A stretch of 35,875 bases of DNA from a virus (lineage: Duplodnaviria; Caudoviricetes). Under the pieces are notes generated by a model. The model had not been told where the DNA came from and ran no database searches. It saw only the letters and a program-made list of their open reading frames with translations. The stretch is taken from positions 1 through 35,875 of IMG/VR virus record IMGVR_UViG_3300037295_000225, one strand, 5' to 3'. Below, one piece after another: positions 18,901-30,411 of the stretch. Within the stretch, counting starts at the first letter, position 1, and every line of letters begins with the position of its first letter. The translations under genes and the position numbers were made by a program.

Positions 18901-19089
18901 ATTTTCTTCTGCAAGACTTATACTTACATGTCCTAAAGCGTTTATTCCTTCTGTGTAATCAAAGTCAAAGAACCTAGCTTCTTGGGGATTAATAGTAATT
19001 GTGCCGTCTTCAGTTCCAAGTTTTAATCCACGAAATCGGCTTCTAATTTTATAGAATAAATCAGTTGCTATGTTGTCGGTTACATTCAT
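15979..19089 (-). CDS. large modular acidic protein (1036 aa), probable virion/head protein
   Basis: TAAATA before start; repeated E(L/M)xRIxELSG motif; follows terminase. Confidence 0.8.
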   Translation of the reverse strand: MNVTDNIATDLFYKIRSRFRGLKLGTEDGTITINPQEARFFDFDYTEGINALGHVSISLAEENSMKVYFSSGITTRMDPVQKTTWYSFLRELRQFSKRRLMSFDNRDISKDNLDERDYAFLSQNALKKQQHGNNNKMKQDTTPDIPSMGESVMNENAMYGTKNMSFQKLMDTRLIIKHSQPLVDDMQPGARTRHISALFVENQDGERFKYPFIHLSGARAMQRHVANEGVPYDDIGKSIISMSEQIAQLRSFNSYVSRNDLMNSDTNSIVERSSTALNTLREQLKKLSRQNYYESYKQGFTIQEMPEVPLDVVEDFTQKFTVRNFKEDIKTVFPVLYKLMQEDSEIDYDDIVDMTSVDDEPIHESTEEDYDPFAQFEEWAMTLGERSAIQEPDQQESSITALNQLMGQEFPAGVDGVNAIESLSGIIEDPSLFSAIKQAAKSDPETCVRPLVKQWLESNTPELLDSIDFGDTTEENFEGIYQEENMSNIGDTNTQYGQFDLVLNGWHNPKFDPSDTDNDIGEEIPIGINYTASEEGSYYPANQEQPAENPDLNIEFTEIIDLETGEDITDQVDADELSEYLIRNEYVEASGQDYDMESREDDYGDNHRPKKSDVPAAIRKSKGGDWKTTPSDIRNDRAKNMSSSEWIKNYNKNESSQNSNRVNSKELAEFIHSFYDKASNSFPKGPESVATMVGKKFGEQAENAARKFVERMAPRQTDNTMNELSRIHELSGISKPITDDAVNELDYDSFSNSDELQMLRDAIKKNILVSVAFVKKDGTVKHMGVKSNLSSYVHSTNPKTDKQANAEQNNDIKKVVDINAYIKKLKELKAAGMEETQAKSEAAKTAWRSINLKNVLGFMVRGQFVDLRDENEIQQRFGDDIYNSVTSSMKSVLAQTQAAAESPAASAVQGEAYASPMGNMYHPRMKNDELVIDKIVSVDGNEISATGTVYDHTDGDSPVEVVFEKTDAGLEIIQVIDLEYEESDTGGPGPEIPLDNIEFDSDAVMKLIDQFSGGESSHYSTEMERIKELSGMKQLT

Positions 19090-19100
19090 ATGTATATTTA

Positions 19101-21388
<2,288 letters not shown>

Positions 21389-21392
21389 ACAG

Positions 21393-21400
21393 TATTTATA
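21393..21400 (-). promoter_or_regulatory. T4-type late promoter of the endonuclease
   Basis: TATAAATA 4 nt before ATG 21388. Confidence 0.7.
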
Positions 21401-21414
21401 CGAATGCGAACTCG

Positions 21415-22053
21415 TCATTCGATAATTTTAGCATTACTGTTTAACCTAGCATACAGTGCAGTCAATGTTATATCCTCTTCAACTAATGTTAGTTTACTCC
21501 GAACTCGAACCGTAGTAGTGTCTCCATCTAGGCAATAAATTAACGATAATGACTTACCACGACCTGTATTTTCAGTTGTAGTAGTTGCTTGAATCCGAGA
21601 TCCGTTGTCAAATTCGATAGTATTTCTATTATAACTGTACACGCCTGCTCGAATAAAATCGGGCAAATTTTCGTATGCATACCGATATCTGTTCATGATA
21701 TCTTGTGCACCTTCATATTTGTGTGCTGCAATTAGTACTTGTGATTCAGCAGTAAACATAGTAAACCACAGTAAATATCCTACTGCACAAGTAGTTTTAC
21801 CCATTTGTCGTGGCAACATGGCGACACATTGTTTATTTTCGGTGAACGCTTGTATCAGTGATTCTTGAAAACCGTAAGGCTCAAAAGGCAAACTTCCTCT
21901 TACAGGATGTTGTATCTTAATAAAGTTTTTACAAAAATACAAAGGCCCAGTAATTGGATCCATGCAGGCTTGCACATGATTTACTTCCTCAAGAGTGTAT
22001 CGTTGAGGAGCATGTGCTTTTTTAATTAAATTGCCATCTAAACTTTTGGCCAT
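21415..22053 (-). CDS. gp17: terminase large subunit N-half fused to split-intein N fragment
   Basis: PYGFQ, Walker A PRQMGKTT, GRGKSLSLIY then CLDGDT; GGAG SD. Confidence 0.93.
   Translation of the reverse strand: MAKSLDGNLIKKAHAPQRYTLEEVNHVQACMDPITGPLYFCKNFIKIQHPVRGSLPFEPYGFQESLIQAFTENKQCVAMLPRQMGKTTCAVGYLLWFTMFTAESQVLIAAHKYEGAQDIMNRYRYAYENLPDFIRAGVYSYNRNTIEFDNGSRIQATTTTENTGRGKSLSLIYCLDGDTTTVRVRSKLTLVEEDITLTALYARLNSNAKIIE
21418..21534 (-). mobile_element. split intein N fragment (39 aa)
   Basis: Block A CLDGDTTTVRV...ITLTALYARL then stop. Confidence 0.9.
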
Positions 22054-22078
22054 ATTATTTCTCCGTACCGTATTTAAT

Positions 22079-22105
22079 AAAAAAAATAGCACCCGAAGGT
22101 GCTAT
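22079..22105 (-). terminator. intrinsic terminator with UUCG tetraloop
   Basis: Minus strand ATAGCACC-TTCG-GGTGCTAT then T run; TAAATA immediately downstream. Confidence 0.9.
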
Positions 22106-22119
22106 CTGAGTTTATAAAT

Positions 22120-22737
22120 TTAAGGATTTATAACGGTAGTGCCGTCTAATAATGTAACCGCAGTGTCAGCATACACATCTGCTGCAGCATCAGGAGTAGT
22201 TACCGTTAAGTATTCTACACGCTCGCCTGCTTCGTCTTCTGCATAAACACGCATAAACTTTTCGTAATTAACGCGGGTAATTCCATTTACTACCAATTGA
22301 CGGACTGCCTGTGCTGTAGTAGTTACTGCGTTTCCACCTGCATCATTATAGTTGCCATTACTAGAAAACAGCTCTGCTCGTGTGCTTGGTAACACGTTAG
22401 CATCTCTATCGTATCGTACTGTAAACTTGACTTGAGTAGGTTGATTAACTGCATCGGCGGAGCCAGCACTTGTGAATTCAACATCAATTATCTGTGCATC
22501 TGCATGCTTAGCAACTTCGTCGATGATGCCTAAAAATCGTTGATGACCTCTAGCTACACGTTTGGCAACTACTGCGGTTGCGGGCTTTGTTGCAAATTGA
22601 CTATAGTCTTGTGTATAGACTGCACCGTTGTCATTGCCATCTGCTGTAGGATATGTTCCTGTGCCGCCAGCTAACGTTAATACTACTCGATAAAACGTTG
22701 GTTGTAATTGATTTGTATCTTGTTGAAACCCTGACAT
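22120..22737 (-). CDS. probable virion structural protein (205 aa)
   Basis: Ala/Thr/Val-rich, GGAG SD, followed by a strong terminator. Confidence 0.7.
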   Translation of the reverse strand: MSGFQQDTNQLQPTFYRVVLTLAGGTGTYPTADGNDNGAVYTQDYSQFATKPATAVVAKRVARGHQRFLGIIDEVAKHADAQIIDVEFTSAGSADAVNQPTQVKFTVRYDRDANVLPSTRAELFSSNGNYNDAGGNAVTTTAQAVRQLVVNGITRVNYEKFMRVYAEDEAGERVEYLTVTTPDAAADVYADTAVTLLDGTTVINP

Positions 22738-23438
22738 TATTTTGCTCCCTTAGCTTCTGCTAATCGTTGTAACAATTCTGAACGGATCGCAGCACGTAAT
22801 TCTGCGCCTTCCATTTGTGATATTTTTTGCATGGGGTTGTCACCGCCTGCAACTTTTGGATAACTGCGTTGCGGCTTGCTCAATCCGCCTGCTACTTTAT
22901 TGGTAATATAATCAATATCTTTATAATCTTCGTCGGGTTCGTTTTCGTATTCGCTACTTTCGAGTTCAGGATCGTCTTCGTAATCGTCTGTATCATCGTC
23001 TGTGGATATCAGATTAGAAGCGGCGCTTCCGACAGATCGACCAGCTATACTACCTAACGATTTTCCGACTGTTCCTGCTCCTGCGGCACCCATAGCAGCA
23101 CGTCCTATGCCTGCACCAACTGCAGCTAATGGAGCAATTTCATTTGTAGTATCGGGTTTGCTGCCACTTCCAATACTTACATCAAATGACGGTTGAGACA
23201 TTCCTGGCGAAATCCCCGACATAGGAGTAGGCGTTGGCATATCAGGATTAACTTTTGCAACCAACTTCATCAATTCTTTAATGTCCTCTACTCCTTGTGC
23301 ATTTAAACTTAAACTCATCGATGATGTCGATTTATTGACATCCGGTGATGCACTTGTCATTGGGGACATCATATCCCCACATTCTTGTATTGGCTGATTT
23401 ATTTCAGCTAATCTTTGTATTAATTTGTGGTAATCCAT
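22737..23438 (-). CDS. low-complexity putative head internal/scaffold protein
   Basis: Acidic tracts and Gly/Ala zipper; GGAG SD. Confidence 0.7.
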   Translation of the reverse strand: MDYHKLIQRLAEINQPIQECGDMMSPMTSASPDVNKSTSSMSLSLNAQGVEDIKELMKLVAKVNPDMPTPTPMSGISPGMSQPSFDVSIGSGSKPDTTNEIAPLAAVGAGIGRAAMGAAGAGTVGKSLGSIAGRSVGSAASNLISTDDDTDDYEDDPELESSEYENEPDEDYKDIDYITNKVAGGLSKPQRSYPKVAGGDNPMQKISQMEGAELRAAIRSELLQRLAEAKGAK

Positions 23439-23439
23439 G

Positions 23440-24006
23440 TTAACTCCCTATTGCACTTTTTTTACCTAGTTTGTCATCTTTAACTTTAGGAAGTTTGTAC
23501 TCTCCCTTTGCATTTGACTTGTTTCTATCTTTAGCTATTTTAGCCAAATCTTTCAAGAAATCTTTATTAAATTCGTCTCCGAAATAATCTTTATGTTTAA
23601 TTTTGCCGCAGCCTGCGTCCATATCGATAACATCTAATAATGGCTCGCTTACTGGCTCTGAATTCATTTGTAATTGATCAACTTCAGAAGGCTCTCCACT
23701 TCCTCGAACTCGAAAATAAGTTTCGTCGACGCCTATATCTTTAATTTCTGCAGAAATTTCTGGAGATGTTACTGGATATTCCAGTATCACTTCAAAGATT
23801 GTAACTTCTACATTTTTTAATTCTGGAAAATCCAACAACACTTGTTGAACTGGTGTTGTTTTCATTTTTTCAAATGTTACAATTTTGTATTTTTCCAAAC
23901 GGTCTTTTAATTGTTTTTCAAAATTTTCAGGAAGGTCTCCTGCAACTTTAACTTTAAAGTTGTAAATTTTTGTAGTTTCAATGAGATATTCTCGAAATGT
24001 TTTCAT
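23440..24006 (-). CDS. putative head protein with capsid-targeting-like N-terminus
   Basis: MKTFREYLIE; TAAATA 5 nt before ATG. Confidence 0.7.
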   Translation of the reverse strand: MKTFREYLIETTKIYNFKVKVAGDLPENFEKQLKDRLEKYKIVTFEKMKTTPVQQVLLDFPELKNVEVTIFEVILEYPVTSPEISAEIKDIGVDETYFRVRGSGEPSEVDQLQMNSEPVSEPLLDVIDMDAGCGKIKHKDYFGDEFNKDFLKDLAKIAKDRNKSNAKGEYKLPKVKDDKLGKKSAIGS

Positions 24007-24014
24007 AGTAATAT

Positions 24015-24476
24015 TTAGCTCTTCTGAGTTAATTTCTTAAGGAGGTCGTTCCTGTCAGTTATAACATAACCCTCTCCGTTCATTATATTATTAGGATCTT
24101 CATTAGCATCTTTATCAATTTTATATTTTTTTAATTGTAAATCTACCGCTTTTAGTTTACGATCAATTTTAGCAGCTTTAGCATCTATTGCATTTTTCAT
24201 CATCGAACTAGCAACTTCAAATAATCTACTACTATAACGAATTTCAACATTCATACCAAGGTCCATAAGATTATCATAAGCCTCTTCTGCTTTCTTAGCT
24301 AAATGGTCTAATTCTGATTCGTCGAGATTATTAAGTTCTTTTATCATCGGCAGATCTTTAGTTATATTTGCTACTGCTTTATAACTGTCGTTAAGACTTT
24401 TGACTTCTTCCGCTTTTATAGGAATTAATTTCTTAGCTTCGTCGAGGTTGAAAATTTCTTCTAATTTTTTGGTCAT
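24015..24476 (-). CDS. putative terminase small subunit (gp16-like)
   Basis: 153-aa helical protein, SRLFEVASSMMK resembling the gp16 RxxEV helix; location. Confidence 0.5.
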   Translation of the reverse strand: MTKKLEEIFNLDEAKKLIPIKAEEVKSLNDSYKAVANITKDLPMIKELNNLDESELDHLAKKAEEAYDNLMDLGMNVEIRYSSRLFEVASSMMKNAIDAKAAKIDRKLKAVDLQLKKYKIDKDANEDPNNIMNGEGYVITDRNDLLKKLTQKS

Positions 24477-24484
24477 ATTAATAC

Positions 24485-24925
24485 TTATCTTCTTTTTTTG
24501 CCTTGATGGAAAATATCATTCTCGTTAATGACTCGAAATTTGATACCTTGCTGTTTACACCAAGCTGTTGCTGCTTCCCACTTGGCCATATTTTTTACGT
24601 ATTGTTCCTGATTGTATCTACTTTTTCCTACGCTTTCTAATTTAGTTTGATTCTCAGGTTTTACTTCGACTAGTTCAGCATTTTTTTTACCATTTTTATC
24701 AACATACACAATAAAAAAATCTGGCACGTATATAGTATTTCTTCCACTCAATGGATCTCTATATGGTATTTGAATACTTTCGCTAGCCCAACTTTCAACT
24801 CCTGGGTGCTCGTCTAACATTTTCATAAAAACGAATTCCCAACTACTTCGAGCTAGTGGTGTCCGCTTGCCTACATATTTTTGAGGATTCTTAACTGTGA
24901 ATCTGCCTTGTGCAAAATTTGCCAT
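24485..24925 (-). CDS. gp4: head completion nuclease gp4 (TnsA-like)
   Basis: NPQKYVG, RSSWE, WASE, YVPDF, VEVKP, NMAKWEAA. Confidence 0.9.
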   Translation of the reverse strand: MANFAQGRFTVKNPQKYVGKRTPLARSSWEFVFMKMLDEHPGVESWASESIQIPYRDPLSGRNTIYVPDFFIVYVDKNGKKNAELVEVKPENQTKLESVGKSRYNQEQYVKNMAKWEAATAWCKQQGIKFRVINENDIFHQGKKRR

Positions 24926-25293
24926 TATGCTGCAATATTCCTAGATTTATTATTGTTAGTTAATGATACATTTTTATACCCTAATGCAGATGTGGCAGGT
25001 CTACTATTGTTTAAAATTTCTGCAACCAACGCACTAATTTGAACACCATTAAAATCTTTTAACGTATCCAAGATGGAATAAACAGGAAGTCCATCGGTCT
25101 TAGCCTGATTTAAAATTACTGTTGCAACTGACGTCGATGCGTCTTTGTCAAAGCCTTTTGATTCGAAAAAAGAAACAGAGGCAGTAACTTCATTTGCCGA
25201 AAACTCGACTGGAATAACTCCGTAATTATTAAAGTATAAAGTAGTAGCTCGGCCACTATCCTGTTTTAACGGAGAAGGTAAATTTGTAGACAT
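24925..25293 (-). CDS. hypothetical virion-cluster protein
   Basis: Packed ORF in structural operon. Confidence 0.7.
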   Translation of the reverse strand: MSTNLPSPLKQDSGRATTLYFNNYGVIPVEFSANEVTASVSFFESKGFDKDASTSVATVILNQAKTDGLPVYSILDTLKDFNGVQISALVAEILNNSRPATSALGYKNVSLTNNNKSRNIAA

Positions 25294-25302
25294 AGTTAAT
25301 TG

Positions 25303-26376
25303 TTACTCTTTAGGAACTACTGGTTTTTGTGTTGCTGTAGTATTTTGCAAATTATTAGTTGGTGTTTTTGGAAATATAGAACCTATTGCGCTAAGTGTAT
25401 TAGAAATGCCTTGCCGACTACTTACTAAACCTAACAATTCATTTCCAATGGACGACCCGGTTAATTTACTGGCATTTCGTACAGTATTTACTGCTTTAAC
25501 TGCTGCGTTAAATGCTCCTCCGTTAGTCAGATCGAATGCATTTCCAGTTTGTAGATCTCCGAATATACTTTCTAGCCCATCTAATACTCCGCCCGATCCT
25601 AATAAATTTTCAACTCCGCCACCGACAACTGACAACGGACTAGGAACTAAATCGTAATACAGCGTAGCGAATCCTTTAGGAGTATCTCTAGCTACGTTGC
25701 CGCCAGTATAAAAAACTGACTCGTATTCGATATTCATAGTATTTTCATTAAATTCGCTGGCTGAATAATCGCTACCGCCATGACTCCAACTAATTATCTT
25801 AGGATTAACAAGAGTATATCCTAAGAATCGTCGTCTGCTCATAGTATAAATGCTGATCGATTTGATAAAGTCCGAAGTTCTGCCTTCTTTGTCTAGCCCG
25901 TATCGAAAACCATCTAATGCAGTGCCTGCAGGGCGTAGTGCTGTTGCGCTGTATGCTTGCATTGGGTTTAATCTATCTTGCACATATGAGCTCATATACA
26001 ATGCCCATAATGCGTTCATAATTCCATTGCTGTCGTCATGAAAAGTCATAGTGATCGGTTCATACGAAAAGTTTTTGTAAAATATCTTTTTTCGGTTATA
26101 CTGATTTTTTGTTACAGCATCGAATTTAAACTTTGGCAAGTCTGTAGATTTAATTAAAAACCCAACTTCATCAGCATGCTTTTGAGAAAATTTAACTGAA
26201 CTAATTACAGATTTTTCTAATTCAAACCTAACGTAGAATAAGAATTTTGTTCGAGGCGATAGTCTATACGTGTCGTTAACATATAATTGAGTAGCATGTG
26301 TCCAATTGGCCATTACTCCTTTTGGAGTCGTGAGCCCGTCGCCTACTCCTGTCAAAAATCTAGTAAATTTATCCAT
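25303..26376 (-). CDS. tail tube-like baseplate/tube initiator (gp48/gp54-like)
   Basis: STDLPKF, YEPITMTFHDD, MNIEYE tube-fold pattern; follows gp19. Confidence 0.6.
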   Translation of the reverse strand: MDKFTRFLTGVGDGLTTPKGVMANWTHATQLYVNDTYRLSPRTKFLFYVRFELEKSVISSVKFSQKHADEVGFLIKSTDLPKFKFDAVTKNQYNRKKIFYKNFSYEPITMTFHDDSNGIMNALWALYMSSYVQDRLNPMQAYSATALRPAGTALDGFRYGLDKEGRTSDFIKSISIYTMSRRRFLGYTLVNPKIISWSHGGSDYSASEFNENTMNIEYESVFYTGGNVARDTPKGFATLYYDLVPSPLSVVGGGVENLLGSGGVLDGLESIFGDLQTGNAFDLTNGGAFNAAVKAVNTVRNASKLTGSSIGNELLGLVSSRQGISNTLSAIGSIFPKTPTNNLQNTTATQKPVVPKE

Positions 26377-26394
26377 ACATATATTTATGTCATA

Positions 26395-26422
26395 AAAAAA
26401 CCCAGGAATTCCTGGGTTTTTT
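26395..26422 (-). terminator. palindromic terminator after tail tube gene
   Basis: AAAAAACCCAGGAATTCCTGGGTTTTTT. Confidence 0.85.
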
Positions 26423-26432
26423 ATTTTGGATT

Positions 26433-27065
26433 TTAACTGCGGCCTGTAGTAATGTCGCCGATAGTTCTGCCAACATTTGCACCGATACCACGATCAACGC
26501 CTGTTCCGTTATTACCTTTGAACTGTACAGCATTGTCATACCGTATAGTTAACGACACAGTAGCAGGCTCACTTGAACCGTAGTTCATGTCGCCGTAGTC
26601 TGCAGCAGTAACAAAACAACCGTAAATTTCCCATTTTTCTAGAACAGTCGCTTCGATGGCGCCGTTACCACCGTCTATTACTTCTAGATTGATTTGAAAT
26701 TTGTAATCGATACCGCTTCTTGCACTTGCTTGCTCTAAGAAGTCGAACTGCTTTTGAATCTGCTGTCCAACTAACTTAGTAACGTTTCCGCTAGCATCGT
26801 CTCTCAATGATAATGATAAAGTTTCCCAGGTAGGTTTGCCTACCAAGAATACTTTCGAGTTATACACAGGAAGTTCCATTTCTTCAAATGAAACATTTGG
26901 TCGTGTAATATCCGATACCTGTTTAGTAAGCTCAGTGCTTGCTTCCACACCAAATCCTAACAGTATCACCCTAAAGCGATATTTTAGTTTTGGCATTAGC
27001 AAAGCGGTATTGCTATTAGCACCTGAAGGAGGTACTGAAATTCTATTTAATGATGATAATGCCAT
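26433..27065 (-). CDS. gp19: tail tube protein
   Basis: YRFRV, GKPTWETLSLSLRDD, WEIYGCF, LTIRYDNA; AGGAG SD before MALSS; follows sheath. Confidence 0.88.
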   Translation of the reverse strand: MALSSLNRISVPPSGANSNTALLMPKLKYRFRVILLGFGVEASTELTKQVSDITRPNVSFEEMELPVYNSKVFLVGKPTWETLSLSLRDDASGNVTKLVGQQIQKQFDFLEQASARSGIDYKFQINLEVIDGGNGAIEATVLEKWEIYGCFVTAADYGDMNYGSSEPATVSLTIRYDNAVQFKGNNGTGVDRGIGANVGRTIGDITTGRS

Positions 27066-27066
27066 T

Positions 27067-30000
27067 TTAAATTTCTCCTGTATTTTGTATACGTAATGGA
27101 ATATAGATGAATTCCACAGCCTTAACAGGCTCAATGGCAACATCTACCCATAGCTCGTTACGGTCGACTCTTGCTGGCGTATTGTTTGAATCGTCACATA
27201 CAACTGCAAAGTCGTATAATGCTCGTAAACCGACTAATTCTAGCAACAGACTCTCTACTGCTCCTCTAATTTCGTCTCTTGTGATTTTATCATTAGGTTC
27301 AAAAATGTAAGGACGAGCAAGACGATTTAACTGACTACGCAAGTAAACTACTAATCTAGCCACGTTAATTCTATCTAATGCGCTAGCATTTCTAGCTAAT
27401 GTTTTTTGACCGTAAGCAACGTGCCCGACTCCAACAAAAAACGGAATAGGATTCAGTCTTAAATCATACAATGTGTCGCGTTGTCCGTTATTCAAGGCAA
27501 CTGTTTGGAATTCCCCCGATATTGCATCGATAAATCCAACTGAAGTTGCATTAGTAATTCCGCCGCGGCGTGTTCCTGCAGGAGCAAACCAAGGATAACT
27601 TACTTGATCACTCAATGCAATAGTTTTTAACATCATGTGACTCGATGGAACAACTACATTGGCTCCGCCTAAATCAGTAGTAAACCCATTTGGATACCAT
27701 ACTGCTGAGTATTCGTCTGAGCTAACTAACCCTGCATCACCGTTGTCAAAAACACCGTTAGCATTAGTTCCCCATGCTGTAAGTGATGTAGCATCACTAC
27801 GCAAGCGCATTGGTGAATCTCCTACTACAAATGCAGTTAATCCTCTGTCAATGTTTAAATTAATCAAGTTGCTTAACAATTCAGGATATCCAGGGCAAGA
27901 AATTAAATTAAAATTGCGGCGCTCTTCATCACGAATTTCTTCGCTAGTATCCACAACGCTCTTTAATGTTTGCACTATGACCGAACGTTGTGCTTTACGT
28001 CCAAAAGTTCCTGATCCGTCTTCATTATTAGGACTTGCTGTTACCCAACGGTCAGTGGCATAATCTTCCATACCCTCGTTGCCTAATCTAGGATTGTCTT
28101 CATTTACATTGATGTAATTATTAGAATAGCGTTTAACGTTACCTCCGCTTCTGCGCAAATTCCACAACATCATGCCACGTGGGTACAAATCTGGATCCGG
28201 TGCATCGGGATCTAAATAATCAGATTTTAATAATTTACTTATAGATTCTACAGTGTTGCCAGTTTCGCCACTAGTGCCATATCTGGCATCTGCAAATAAT
28301 ATACCATCTTCTGTAGTTTGGTCAGACTTGTCTATTAAATCCCATTCTTTGGTACTAATGTTCCATTTGTATATTGTTGGGAAATTTTCTAAATCAGCAG
28401 TGCTAATCCACAAATCACCATCAACATGAGGATTACCGTCCGATTGAGTTTCTGGTTTGCTGGCACTAACAGTAGGACCTTGTGGGTCTGAATTTCCTAA
28501 TACATTACCGTAACCTTTCCATGTTGTACCGTCGTGAATCATAATATCCACTTCGCCAAAATTAGGATTATACCACAATTGACCGTCTGCTGGCTCTTGT
28601 AGTGGCTGAGTAGGTAATGCTGCAAAATTCTTAAGGTATAACGGCATCCAGTTTGATGCAACAAACTCGTAATCTGCATCTGCCGGGCTGCTATACAAAT
28701 TAATAGTAGCATTGCTAAAACCAACAGCAGATAATGGTGAACCGGTACCGTCTGTTAATTCAAAATCTCCACCTGTTTTATGATAGATAATAACTTCAAC
28801 ACTAGTTGTTACATCAGCTTCGATGTGTTTAAATCCTGCAGCATTTATTGCTGCTGCCATAGCATTTGCATTGGCTAACGCATTTTCGCCCGTAGTAAAT
28901 TCGATGACGGTTGCTGGACCTAACAATGCACTTCCTCTAATCGATTCCGTTAGTGTAAATGTATTTGTGCCAGCAGTGAATGTACTGTCATCAATAACTG
29001 ATGTTTTGATTACTGTTTCTTGAACCGCTGCTCTATGCCAAATTTTAAATGTTGCAGTGCCAGTAGATTCTGAATCGTATTGAACGTACACGCTGTTAAT
29101 TGGAATATTTAATCCGCCGCCTGCACGATCTAAAAAGTACAATGCCGAATATCCGGAAGTATATAATGGCGATGATACTTCTTCCCATGTTTTAGCTGCG
29201 CTTCTCCATTGCTTAATTCTCCAGCGTGATCCGAAATTTGGTTCAGTAGTTTTAATCCAAACAGAACCTGTAGGACGTGGAAGATTTCCACCTACTTTCC
29301 ACTGGGGGACTTGGGTATGTGGAGCTTGTGTTAATGACAGTCCATTGTAAGTGCCTGCTGATATAAACAGTTGAGAATCTAATAGCGCAGAAGGTCCGGT
29401 AATAACAATTGGAGTGCCGCCTGCATACAAATACAATATTCCGTTTTTATTTGTTGCAAACACACTAGTAGCAGTGGATGCTGCGTTAATGTTAGTTACT
29501 AACTCTGATAAATTATCGCCTGTATTAATGGTTATATCGTTGATCAAAAATGCACTGCTGGTAATTGTAGTAACCGCAGTACTACTAACCACTGTTGGAT
29601 TACTTAAATACCAATCTGCACTGCCAACTGCAACCCATTGTCCGGGATCGATATCGTGACCATTACCTGCTGACTTAAAATGCAATGTAACTGTTTCATT
29701 ATCTGTCAATGCTACTATAGCATAGTCGCCGATTGATCCCACAGATGCGGCAGGAGCACCACCGCTAATTTTAGTAATATCGTTGCTGGTTAAGACTAAG
29801 GGTATCTTAGTTGCAAATTTTTGTCCTCCTGTAACTAGTGCAGGCGAAGAGTTCCATTCTTGGATTCCCCAAGCTGTTGATCTAGTATCGAACCACCAAG
29901 CTTTGTCTGCTGGGTCTGCGCCCGGAGGAAACGATTCCCCGTCGAGTGCAGATAGATCAATATTTGCTCTTGTAACGAATACCGAGTTAGTTACTCCTAG

Positions 30001-30300
30001 CAAGCTGTATGCTGCTAACAGTCCATATTCGTTTCTTTCGCCGCCGTGGATCGGAGATCCACTAGCTGTCTTTTCAAAGAAAGGTATACCATAAAGATCA
30101 ATAAGCTCTCTTTGACTTGTAACTCTAAATGCCTTGCCGACGTTCGCGGCTAATGTTCCTGCAGCCGTTCCTGTGTTTGCTGCGTTTGTTTTGTTCTCTG
30201 CTGTAGCAATTACAATCAGGGGAGTTGTGCCTGGTTCTGCAGGTGTATAAAAACTCTCATCGATTACTGTAACTTCTACTCCGGGTGATTGAAGTGCCAT
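27067..30300 (-). CDS. gp18: contractile tail sheath protein (1077 aa)
   Basis: SPGVEVTVIDES N-terminus; PWFAPAG, GQKTL, DRINVARL, FEPND, IEPVKAVEFI. Confidence 0.95.
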   Translation of the reverse strand: MALQSPGVEVTVIDESFYTPAEPGTTPLIVIATAENKTNAANTGTAAGTLAANVGKAFRVTSQRELIDLYGIPFFEKTASGSPIHGGERNEYGLLAAYSLLGVTNSVFVTRANIDLSALDGESFPPGADPADKAWWFDTRSTAWGIQEWNSSPALVTGGQKFATKIPLVLTSNDITKISGGAPAASVGSIGDYAIVALTDNETVTLHFKSAGNGHDIDPGQWVAVGSADWYLSNPTVVSSTAVTTITSSAFLINDITINTGDNLSELVTNINAASTATSVFATNKNGILYLYAGGTPIVITGPSALLDSQLFISAGTYNGLSLTQAPHTQVPQWKVGGNLPRPTGSVWIKTTEPNFGSRWRIKQWRSAAKTWEEVSSPLYTSGYSALYFLDRAGGGLNIPINSVYVQYDSESTGTATFKIWHRAAVQETVIKTSVIDDSTFTAGTNTFTLTESIRGSALLGPATVIEFTTGENALANANAMAAAINAAGFKHIEADVTTSVEVIIYHKTGGDFELTDGTGSPLSAVGFSNATINLYSSPADADYEFVASNWMPLYLKNFAALPTQPLQEPADGQLWYNPNFGEVDIMIHDGTTWKGYGNVLGNSDPQGPTVSASKPETQSDGNPHVDGDLWISTADLENFPTIYKWNISTKEWDLIDKSDQTTEDGILFADARYGTSGETGNTVESISKLLKSDYLDPDAPDPDLYPRGMMLWNLRRSGGNVKRYSNNYINVNEDNPRLGNEGMEDYATDRWVTASPNNEDGSGTFGRKAQRSVIVQTLKSVVDTSEEIRDEERRNFNLISCPGYPELLSNLINLNIDRGLTAFVVGDSPMRLRSDATSLTAWGTNANGVFDNGDAGLVSSDEYSAVWYPNGFTTDLGGANVVVPSSHMMLKTIALSDQVSYPWFAPAGTRRGGITNATSVGFIDAISGEFQTVALNNGQRDTLYDLRLNPIPFFVGVGHVAYGQKTLARNASALDRINVARLVVYLRSQLNRLARPYIFEPNDKITRDEIRGAVESLLLELVGLRALYDFAVVCDDSNNTPARVDRNELWVDVAIEPVKAVEFIYIPLRIQNTGEI

Positions 30301-30411
30301 ATCCCTATTCTCCTAGTAATAGTTTGTATAACTATTTAGTAGGATGCCCTAAAAATGCGTGGTTATGCACTCTTTAAAAAGGGAAGGAAAAGGATGGTTA
30401 TAAATACTTGT

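Noticed and set aside
24485-24925. TnsA-like nuclease as sign of a Tn7 transposon
   Set aside because: Motifs and context match T4 gp4; no other tns genes or ends
26433-27143. Longest-ORF starts for gp19, TerL-N (22092), gp13 (32572), HNH (30355), 13550, 4914
   Set aside because: Extensions overlap neighbours or promoters; downstream ATGs have an SD or TAAATA
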